64,000 nt of DNA from the NCBI RefSeq assembly GCF_052425735.1, contig NC_135759.1:41106001-41170000 (forward strand), in the 5' to 3' direction. Of this stretch, positions 49,201-61,125 are shown in pieces. Position 1 is the stretch's first letter. Each line of letters opens with the position of its first letter. The position numbers and the translations under genes were made by a program. The notes under the pieces are model-generated. The model was not told where the DNA came from, searched no databases, and saw nothing but the letters and a program-made list of their open reading frames with translations. The DNA is from Oculina patagonica. Its lineage: Eukaryota.

Positions 49201-52200
49201 GACCGATAGGTAGTATGGGTCGAACACGAATTTGCACGTTTTCTTTCTCTGCAGGTATGTGGAACCAAGGTAATTTTAGCCACACTTAATTGACGACGAC
49301 TTTTAAAAACTCCAGTGAAACGACAGTGAAAGAAAACTACAGAAAAGGCCTCATGGGAGGAAAACAAATAAAAACTTGTACATTTCCTATAGGCCAATAT
49401 GCAAGGTTCCAGTGAATACCCATACCACCCTTCAGTCTTGTCTTTAAGCTTTAAGCTTTGATGACACAACGTCAATTGAAATAGCTGTATGGATAGAGGT
49501 GTCCCAGATTCTTTTGTCACGAATTGTAAATAATAGGCGTACGGGCCGGGGGGGCTGCATGGGGGGCTGCAGCCCCCCCCCCCCCCAAATTTTTGGGCAA
49601 CTCAGATTTTTTGGGCAGCAAGAGAAATTTGGGCAAAGCCAGTTTTTAAAGTAGTTTTCTTTTTTTTTTCGAAAAGATAGATATTTTCTATTTTAACCTG
49701 AAGTCGGCGTGGTTATTATTTTCTTGACAATGTGAGACCAGATTTACTAACAAGATTTACCCAAGATTCCTTATTTCGAGAGGCGCTGTATCTTCGTAAC
49801 TGTAGGACGTAAATTTCCGGCGGCCACCATTTCAAGTAGAGACGTCAGTGAGAATCGATACATCCAGAAAGAACGTGGAATCTAGTGAGATGTTAAATTT
49901 AAAGAACCAGTGAATGGACAGTTTGATGAATGCACCAAAGAAGCGTTGCTTGTACGTGGAAGCCAGCAGTTATTATGAACTTCCTTTTCTAAACGTTATA
50001 ATATTTCCTTTAATAATGGACACAATGATGGTCACTCAATTTGGGAAATTTATATCACGGTAAAACACGACCCTGATAAAGAAAGCTTCTCCCGCGTTGC
50101 TAAATTTTACAAAATCGACGGCGAGATTCTGAAAACCGAGCAGAAAATGTACGCGAGTTTTCATCGTTTGCGCGGATTAGGCTACATGACTGTTTCAGAA
50201 ATGCTGGAGACAATGCACGAGAATGTTCTATTTGATATGTCTCCAAAGTTTTCTTATGTGGTACATATCCTCGCAGTGCATGATACTTGCTACATCGTGT
50301 TCTGCAGAAAGATCATTGTGTGCATTGCGCAGATTGAAAACTTACCTCAACAGCACCATGGGGCAACGTGTCAGTAACATCGCACTTATTAACATTGAAA
50401 GGGCATATGCCAAATCTGTAGTCAACAATGAAAAGATCGTATCATTGAAATCTTCGGCCGTCGAAATGGCAGATAGCTATTTCTTTTAAGGTGATTTATG
50501 AGCTCATATGATAAATTCATATGCAAGAACTGCACGAGAATATTTTCTCTTCATATGTAGGCCTATGGTAGCTTATATTAGTGCATCGCAGGACCCTCGT
50601 TTCTTCTCGACTTTTTCGTAAAAATTTGGGCAACTTGCGATAATTTTTTGGGCAAATGGTTCACCGTACGCCTATGATTGTAATAGCATATTTTAGGTTA
50701 CTTACAGTGCTAGAACTTATTGCTAATTTCTACTGTCAGATTCATTGAACTGTTTAGGAAGTACAATGGCTTTGATGAACACAAGCTCAAGTTGAAGAGA
50801 CCAACTCAGTTGCAGGAGGTGTTGAATATTGCCAGGGATTTGCTTGCGGACATCAAGGAAGGAAAACCAGTCTTTGAAAAGCCAAACAAAATCCACCAAC
50901 TCAAAACTGTATTGGAAATGTAAGCTCCTCTAAAATAGGAAGCAACAATTCTATATATTGTGTGACCAGCAAAGGAGTCGGGGGGTTGGTTAAATTATCT
51001 TCGGCTTGGGCATCTAGGTCTTCACAACGTGAAACATTTCCATCGTTTGCATGGTTTGAACATTCAGAAGTTTAGATCTTACGAATCCTGGTAGTCAGAA
51101 ACTTATTTTGCCAATGACTCTGAATGATAATATTATATTATATTATATATTGTAGACCTAAAATACATCCCCCACATTCTTATAGTATTATTGATCTTAT
51201 ATTTATATATTTATAACTTCTTCAAGAGTTGCTGCTTATTTTGTGCATTCTATGTGCCATAATTAAAGTTATTTCATTGACTGGTTAGTTAGGTAAAACA
51301 CATCTGCAAAACTTTTTGTTGTCTCGTTTTTCTGCCAGGTATGGTTATTTCTCTGGTATTAATCGTAAAATTCAATTCAAGTATCTTGGAAAACCTCGAG
51401 ATGGAATAGATAGTGAGCAAGGAGAACAAGACGTGAAGAGAAAGGAAAGTGGAGAAGCCAAAACTCAAACAAGAAAAGAGCCAAAGGAGAATGAGGAGGC
51501 TGATCAGAAAGGAAGGGATGACAAGCTGAAGGTTCCTGTTGACAAAGATCATTCTTTGCTGCTAATTGTCAAGTGGGGCGGAGAATTGACCATGATGGGA
51601 AGGGAGCAGGCATTAGAGCTTGGTCGTGCGTTTAGGTATTAAAGACATAAATTGACTCAACTATTGTTAACATAGTGAATACACGAAAGACATCATATCA
51701 TTCATTTCATCAACTATTATTCTTCTATCTTCTCAAGACGACTGTTGGATTGTGGCACAAAGCACTAAACAATAAGTGGATATGAATACAATAGGCAGTG
51801 AAGTAAGGCCTTGGCAAAACAACGTTGATCCCTGGCTCTCAGAATTCATTCACATCTTTTTAAATAAAGTATGCAAAGCAGTCCCAATTCTAGCTCGAGC
51901 TCTGTTTGCGACTGAGATATCCTATAGAGATTGAAGCAGCTTCACATTTAAAGCATTTTGTGCCTGCTGCTTAATAATTGAGAGAGAATAGCGATTCTTT
52001 GCGGTGTAAAAAATCAAAGAGAAGTTATGTTGAAGGAGTGTACTGTAACGGTAAAATTACTTAACATTTGTAGAATGTGGCATGTTTTTGGATTGCGGTG
52101 TTGCTACAGAGCTGTGTAAGCTTCTAGGTTGAGCCGCTGTTCCTCAATCTCGATCTGCACCTATTTTTTTGCTTGTGCAATTTTATATACATCATATCTG

Positions 52201-55200
52201 TACATCTATAATTTTACTACAGTCTACGCCCCTATAACGTTACATTCTTGTTGTTATTAAATAGGAGTATGTACCCTGGCAGCCAAGGGAAATACTCCAA
52301 ATTGTCAGGTTGTGGTCTACTTCGACTTCACAGCACATACAGGCATGATTTGAAGATTTATGCATCAGATGAAGGACGAGTGCAAATGACAGCTGCAGCA
52401 TTTGCAAAGGTATAAATTACTTCATGGCACTCAAAGGACATTTAGTTGAGGGTGTATTGCAATGCAACATTATCAACATCTTGAATCAGCCAAACTTTCG
52501 TAGTAATAAGCTGCGTTTGAGTCATCTTTTGTTGTTAAGTGCTAGAAACGCTTGGCCCAATGGTTAGTGCGCTGGACTCCAGATCGAGCAGTCCAGGTTC
52601 GAGTCCTGGTTGGGGCACTATGTTGTTTTCTCAGGCAAGACATTTTAATCCCATAGTGCCTCTCTCCAGACCACCCAGGTGTATAAATGGGTATCTGCTG
52701 GGGGTAACCCAGCGATAGACTAGTATCCCATTCATGGGGGAGTAGAAATACTCCTGGCTGACAATGATGCAGAAACTGGAATAAGCTACGGCCTGATGAG
52801 CCACTTGGCTCGACAGCAGGCTTGATTGATTGATTGGTTGATTGATTGATCGATTGAATGATAAAAAGAAAATAGAGATAAAGAAAATCAACTAGGGAAC
52901 CTATGTTTCTCGATCAATAGTTCTACCAGAAAGATCACACAGACTTACTTTTCTAAAGATTATTTGATGTTTTAAGGTTGGAGCTGAAAGCATATTATTC
53001 AATTGTCTGCCTACATACTTGATTCATTTTCTGTAGGGTTTTCTTGCACTTGAAGGTGAACTTGCACCTGTTCTTGTACATCTTGTACGGAGTGACAGTG
53101 ACACTACAGAGATGCTAGACACCTCAAATGACGCTGCTAAGATACTTGGAAAGTAAGTCCGAGCACACAACTGCACACTGTTATGACTAATAAAATATCA
53201 TCATTGTCGAGTTCTTAAAGGGGCTTTGTCAAGGATTTTAACAATTTTCTGAACAGCCAAAATTTATATTTGTGTTGTAAGAAATCTAAAAATAATGGTT
53301 TCGGCACGTCTTCAAAATATCGATGGTTTGATCCCTCACAGCAAATTATGGTTATATCTTCCTTTAGATGTTCAAAGATAATGATTTACATGGGTTAAGT
53401 TGGCTACCACTAATTTCAGAGCAGTTTAGACCAAAAATCTGCAAAATCCTTGTAACGTAGCCCCTTTAAGCTTTAAACTTAAATTCTGGCGTTGTTCAGT
53501 TGATGTTACGATTAGTGTTAACACTGGATGGACGCACAGATACAAGACACTCACCAATGTGTCTGATAATTCAACCCTTGAGTGGTCTTATCAAGTACAA
53601 TTCCATTTGGCAGTGAATTCACCCTGTAGTCTATCATGGTTTTTATCTCATTAAACGTTATCATCTTCCCTTAGTTTGTGCAGAGCAAAGGAAGCACGGT
53701 CTGTTAGGTGACAAAGTCACAAACAGAGCAAAATTGGGTGATGACAAACTGATCTCGTTTGTGTGTTAAATCAGAATCCGAGAGCTTAATCAGGCTACTA
53801 TTATTAGTACTGTTATTCTATGGTCTACCAGTTGGCCAAAGTGAGAGCGCTCATTGTTACAGCAACCAATTTTCCTTTGTAGGGTGAAACACAGACTTCA
53901 TGAAATGCTTCACTCTAATGAAGATTTCAGGGAGGCAGATTTTGCCAAGGTTTGTGAAGTTTCCCCCTTTCTTTTGTCTGGAGTGTTTTATATTCAAGAG
54001 ATTTTAGCCGGTGAATCTTAGACAGTTTGCCATCTATGGTACATTTGCATCTCCCCCTAAATCTCTCTACCATGGCCGCACACTTAACCTGACCTAAAGC
54101 CAGTGCTTTTAAGTATGTTTTGCAGGGGATTAGGGGTGGCACAGTGGCGAGAGCGCTTGCCTCCCACCAGTTTGGCCCGGGTTCGATTCCAGCCTGGCAC
54201 CACATATATAAATAAGTGAGTTGAGTTTGTTGTTGGTTCTCGTCCTTGCACCGAGGGTTTTTATCCGGGGTACCCTGGTTTTCTTCCCAAACCAGCACTA
54301 CAACTTCCAAATTGATATTCGATGCACATCCTAACGAGCTCCTGAGAGCTCTTTTGTGTTACATAGGTAAATAAATTGCATTCTAATTGTGCACGTAAAA
54401 TTGGTCATACGAATATATTTTCAATGACTGATCAGTAGTCATCTTAACCCACACTCAGGTTATTTAGAAAATCAACAACAACAATGGTCTTTTTATTTGT
54501 AAATATTATAGCTTGCGCCAACAAGATGTAATTCAGTGATCAATGCCATGAATTATGTCAAGAATCCTTACACAATGTGTGAGAAGATTTATAACCTGGT
54601 GCAGACTCTTACAGGACAACTGAAGGAGTTGGTTGCTCAGAAAGGTTATGATTCAAGAGGTACGATGATCACAATCAAAGCATTTCCGTTTCTAGTGTAA
54701 ACTTTAAATACATATAGTGTAACTATTGCGAAGGTGACTCTTTACATCTGTAAGACTTTGAACAGAAACCAAGAAAGTATAATTAAAGGACCCTAGTCAG
54801 ACTCCGCCGTTTTCGATGCCAAGTTGTATGGTGAAGCGAAATGTTATTACACTGTGCATTACTGGAAGTCTGTTTAATTACCTTTAACAGTTTCACAGTG
54901 ATCTTTTTCGTTTAGACACGCTCCGCGTAAAATATAATACCAAAACTCTCATATGTAAACAAGAACAAAGGCATGGCTGAATAGGGTCTGACAACAACGA
55001 ACCAACAACGTTTCAGATTTTGCAAACCAACTTAACTATTTTGGCCCAACTAACCAATCAGATCAACTTACAGAGGCTAAGCAGTTTCATCTGGTAAAAC
55101 AGTTTTCACAATATAAGTGTCTACCGGTAGAGTACTGCTAAGGATGTCAAAACGTCAGTCTTTAATCTTTATTTTTTCAAGACTTTTTTCACTCAGGCGA

Positions 55201-58200
55201 TTGCACTAAAGAGCGTTATTATTATGCACAATTAAGAATAAGACCTTCGTTTCCCGTCCTTGAGGATAATTTCTCATGTGAATGCATTTTCCCTTGTTCT
55301 TGTGACGTAGATCCATTTCTTTACCAAGATGAAACACTTGAAATAATGATACACAGATGGACAAAACTAGAAAAGGTAACTAACGTACATTAAAAAAAGT
55401 GTGGCTAAAAAATAAGTAACTGTCTGATTCGCATAATTACCATGTTCAGTCTGTTGTTATGACCTTCTGTTGGTTCCAGGGCTAATATTTAACATATATC
55501 CCTACCTGGCTGAGCTTGAGTAAACATTTCAACTACCAGCACATTAGTGTGTTTGCCAAACTGACCCCTTCAAATGCTGATAACTGATTGGACGAAGTTT
55601 AGCAATCACAACTATTATTTTTTTGTGTATGTCATCAAATACTGCAGATGTTTTACGTTTGATAGTTCTACATAATTATTGGTTCTTTACGTCTTAAAAG
55701 ACAGTCTTAGCAGTTTCAGGTCAGTTAGTTTCTTCTTGCATTGCATCCCCAGGGGGGTACTCCGGGATCCAAGTGACGGGGATGTGCGAAGGATTTTTTT
55801 GGGGTCGAAATTTTCGATTCCGGGATTTTTTTGGGTAGGAGAATTTGGCAGGTATTTTTTTGGGTGACTTGATTTAAATAGGGGATTTTTTTGGGTATTA
55901 AAATCAAACTAAAGTGCCTTGGCGCGGCCTTGGCAAATAAGGGGTAATTTGACTAGGGATTTTTTTGGGAGTTTTTTTTGGTCCAGGGATTTTTTTGGGC
56001 AATGTCGGAAGACTTAGGGATTTTTTTGGGTCCTGAGTTTTGCCTCCATTCGATCATCCCCGTCAATTTGATCCCGGAGTAACCCCCTGGGATTGCATCC
56101 ATCGTCTCTCATGGCTAATCCTGCCGATGTTTGAGCGGCAGGGCCAGCTGCAATACTGGCAAATAAAGGCGTCTGAAACGGTGGTCATATGACGCACTCT
56201 CTCTTTTCTAAGAGATAATCTTCCACATAATAGGGTTTATTAAAAATTACATTCCAACATTGTTTTGCGATCTCGTAGGATTTCAAGCTGAATAGTGGGC
56301 AGTTTGATATAAGTCTTATTCCAGATATCTACGACTGTATCAAGTATGATGTACAGCATAACAGGTTGGTGCAGGGTCTACATTTTTATTAGACAGTCAC
56401 ATTCAGTTAGTGTCATTCAAGCGCAATCCGTTTATATTAATGTGTAGTCATACACTGGGTGAACAACAGTGTCACTGAAGATTGGTCCGTGAGAAGATTG
56501 ATTTAAATGTAATAGATAAAAACTAAATCTCATGAAAGCAGATATGCGTGCCACTGGTACGAGAGTGACCCAAATTGAGAGTAAAGAAACCGCTTTTAAT
56601 TGCACCTTGTAACAGTGCACTGCGCATGATAGAAAAGTTTACAGTAACTTTTGAGTGAAGCTGCCTGTAATCAAACCTTGCAACACACCACTTGAAATTG
56701 GATGATGTAGATTACACCCTAAAGTCATGAAAGCGGATATACATACCCCTGGTGTGAGAGAGACCTAAATTGACACTAAAGACATCGCTTCTAATCACGC
56801 CTTGCAACAAAGAAATGGGTGCCAAAACCTCAATGTCTTCATGATCACCAAATGCACCATCTTGGCCGATGCTCTTAGGAGTTACAACCAGTACCAATAA
56901 GATTGTAGATATGCATCCGTAAAAGAAACGTTGACATCAGTTATCCAACTTCCATTTGTGTCAACCTACTTTCTGCGTGGTTTTAAAGACTGAATGAATG
57001 TTATAGTAAATATGTAAATGTGTACTCCTTGTGCACTTTTCTTCCTTTACTAAACAGGAATTAGAGTGATCTATCAATGTCAAGCCTTCCGTGATGCAAA
57101 TTAATTTTGTTTGCGGCTTCTCCTTTTACGTGACCCCTCCCTTGTACCTTTTACAGTCACTTTAAGAACTTTTGACTGTATACACCTCAAACTGGGTTGT
57201 TTTATTCTATTATCAAATTTAGTCAGCTGAACCTGAGTAACAGTCTGGATTTGTACAAGTGTGCCAAGGCTTTTGCAGATATTGTTATTCCGCAGGTGGG
57301 TCAATCAGTCAAACCTGTAGAAAAAGATTGTTTTGCCAGTCATCACACATTAATCACTTGACGTTCGCATTTTCGTCAGGTGGAAAGACTTTGTACTTCT
57401 TGATTTTACTTTTTTGTTTGAGGAAATTAATTCATTTGAAGGATTATCTTATAAAAACTAAAAACTCTTGTGGTGCTGATCCTTTCACGAGAACTTTGAA
57501 TAACAGCCAGTCACATGACCTGTCTTTTTCTGGTGACTTAGCAATTGAATCTTGTAAGTGCCAGTATTAACGTACAAGTCCACTTCACCGATCTACATTA
57601 AATTCTTACAGATCGCATTAAGAGAGAGGCATTATCCATTTGCTTGGTAATCAATTCTTTAACGATCATAGCCTATCTCTGACGTATAAGCACAGAGCTG
57701 TAAAGTTTTCTGTTCCTGTTGCCTACACCCTCTCCTTCCCTTTTTATCTTTAATGCTACCCAACAACCATTGATATTATTCCTTATTTCCTTCCCTCGAA
57801 TGGTTTCAATTAAGTTGGGCTAAATATCTTTCAGGAATATGGAATTACAACAGATGAGAAGCTAGGCGTTGCTCAAAGTGTGTGTGCAAGGCTCTTAAAG
57901 AAAATCAGAGGAGATCTAAAACATGCTGACACATCAGACATCCATACTCGTCTAAATACCGAGTAAGAAGCAGGCAATATAGTAAATGCATGTACAGTTG
58001 TACGAAATGCACCCACAGTTCAGACTTGAATTGCTGCTTAGAGCAATGTTCAATTGAGTGTCATAAAACCAAAAACAAAGTAATCACTCTGGCCAATCAC
58101 AAAAGACACGGACAGTGAACCAATCAAAAGTTGAAGTAATAACATGTAGCCGGCATGATGCACAGGAAAACATGCACGAGGAAGTCGTGATTGATTTAAG

Positions 58201-61083
58201 TTTTCTCTTTCGGATTGGTCGAGAAAGTGACAGGGGTTTTTAAACCAATCACTGGGCGGTTAGCCTAGTAATGCAAAACCAAAGCAAATGCGAATTACTG
58301 TAGATACGCAAGTTAAAACGGCTCAAATAAAAAAAAAAAACAGAGACTTGCATATTAAAATCTCTCCTAGACATAAAAGAAGTGGCTAGATAGGGAGAGT
58401 ACATTGAAATGTTGCTGTTACAATGTTTTCATGAGCTTGGAGAAACAATATACTCTTACCTTACACAACAGGTGAGTGGTCGTGAAACAGACAACCAGGG
58501 TGTTAATATTACATCCCAAGGAAGCACTGTGCACCGATAAAACAAGTTACAAGTTTGGTACCAATGTATCTCAGAATTAAGAGATTTCTATACCTTAAGC
58601 AATTTGGTTGTTATATCAGAGATTTTGCATTTTCAAAACATTGGCCTTTTTTGTTTGAAACGGAATTAAAACCGACCGAAATCATGGAAGAATGTTCTCT
58701 CATTAGATATCTTTGTATCTTGGCAATGTATGTGTTGCTAAGCTTGTTTTGCCACGTTTTAGTTCCCTTGACAGTATATTAGATATAAAATAATAGTTTT
58801 AGATATGATTATCTTCGTTAGTTTGTTACCGTTTTGCCTACTTTTAGCTACCTGCAGTGCGTGGAAGCTCCTCATCGTCATGTTCGGACAAGATTGTACT
58901 TCACTAGCGAGAGTCATGTACACACCGTGGTGAATGCTCTTAGATATGGAAAGCTTTTTAAAGTAAGTCAGTGTTCATGATGATGATGTTCCTCTTTTTA
59001 ATGACACTGAATACTTCCATAATTGCCCCACATCACCACTGTCTCCTCAAATAAGACCCAGCATCCTAAGTGTACCAACTAAATACATCCTCACTCCTTA
59101 AAGTTACAGTTTCAGTGAAAACCTGATGTTCCTTTGGTTTGCAAAACATATGGTCAAACCCAGTGTCCTCACTCTTGATCCACCCGTATTCCTCTGTCAA
59201 AGCCTTAATATGGACAGCACCCGCTTTCAGTGTTACGTGCAAAGCGGTTTCCATCGACCTCCATCTTTCAAAGTGCTAAACAAACAAGATGGATCAAAAC
59301 CTGCCAATCACAGCCCACTAGCATGACCTTCTGAATTTGTGGAGAAACCAACACTGGTATGCATCAGTTTTGATTGGCTAATTACAAATAGCACCTTGAA
59401 AGATAATGTTGAAAGACGAAAGATGGCGTCGAAAGATGGATGTAGAAAGATAGCTATGCACAAAACACTGAAAGCGGACGTAGACTAGGAGTATTTTGAA
59501 GACCGTCTCATGTTTCATCGACATCTGAAGTACTTGCCTAGACAGATATGGATTGTAGGGTTTCTTATTATTTTGTAGGTGACATTTGTGTGTTTTGTTC
59601 ATGTTGTTACTGTTGCTGGTTTTGATACTCTCTAGGATATTCCAGATGACCAGTGGCAGAGAGCTGTAGAATTCTTAGCAGAGGTTCCCGAGCTTAACTA
59701 CATGACTCAGCTGGTACTTATGTTGTATGAAGATCCTAAAGCTGATCCTCTCTCTGAGCACAGATTTCATGTAGAACTGCACTTCAGCCCTGGAGCAAAG
59801 ACTATGGATGATCCAGAGTTCTTAACAAGTACTACTCCACCAAGGAAAGCTAGTGTAGACGATATTATATCTTTTTCTGCTAGTACCCCTACAAGTGACA
59901 TAGATGTAGAAAGTGCTACTAAAATAAGCACAGTTGATGAAAATGCAGTGGTGGATAGTGGCCACCAAAGTGAGGATATGTCTGGTAGTGCTGTTAGTGA
60001 AGATGCATCTTTTTCTGATCTTAACCCATCATCAAATAATTCTCTTACAACTGCAAGCACAAATCTTGAACAGTATAACACTGTAGAAAATACACAGAAT
60101 GGTATGACAGAAACTGTTAAATGGACCGTTGGAACTTCTCAGAGCCTAGAGTCCACTTCAGCTCAAGAGGAACCAGCAGAAAGTGAGGATTTTGAGCCTT
60201 ATGATGACACTGTTTACACCGGAAATGAGCTTCCACGATGTGCAATTGGTATTGATGACTACTCTGATTCTGCGTTAGGCGCAAGCGTGGACGGCAGTGC
60301 TGTTTCTTCTGGCATGTCCATTGATGAATTACCTAGAGAGGAAAAGTTGATGACCAGACAGCGGCACAGCCTCAGTGAGAGTGAACTAACACGATTTTGT
60401 GGCGTAACAAGTGATAAACCTGAATGTCCCGTTAAAAAGAAAGTCACGGGAAGCAGGAGATGCAAATCTGAAAGTGACTTTATCACAAATTTTGCAACTG
60501 CAACGAGGGAAATTTTACAGAAAGAAAAAGAAGGCCGAGAGATAAATTCAGTTACCTGTATTGTGGAAGAAGACGCATCAGAACCACTCATAAGAAGTGG
60601 CCGACCTAAGTCACATTCCGTTTCTATGATAGACAACTTAAAGCTTTTTAGAGATTCACAAGGTATGGATAAGTTGCTTTGTTTGGTTGGTGTATGGAAC
60701 ATAAAACGGTACAAGGTATTAGTGTCTATTAACTTCTCAAGTATTTGGTGGGCTCTAAATGCATCTTTGAAAAGTGAGAGGACTGGTACAAAAACCAAAG
60801 GGAAGCACAATAAAGGTTGATAAGGGATAATTTTGTTTCATTTTTCCCTAATTCAAAATTGGTGGCTTGCAGAGTGTTAGTTAAACGTTGTAGGCACCTA
60901 TAGGTGATTTGTTGTGGTTGCATTGTTGCTTAGACGCTGCCACAGAAACATTGTCGCGTTATCACGTATCATTCAAGTATTTTCGCAACGTTTTAAACTA
61001 TTTTTATATTTATTTTGTTTTTATATTGTTATCGTTATTCCTGTAAAGCGCTCTGAGGTTATTGAGGATATTGGCACTATATA

Positions 61084-61125
<42 letters not shown>

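Noticed and set aside
52545-52620. tRNA gene (also 54130-54195)
   Set aside because: A and B boxes are present but there is no complete cloverleaf, and a SINE body and tail follow.
58970-59015. C/D box snoRNA (ATGATGA...CTGA)
   Set aside because: It is only ~40 nt, too short and too close to the donor.
59767-60810. Antisense ORFs of 104 and 183 aa
   Set aside because: They are shadows of the PPIP5K coding exon.
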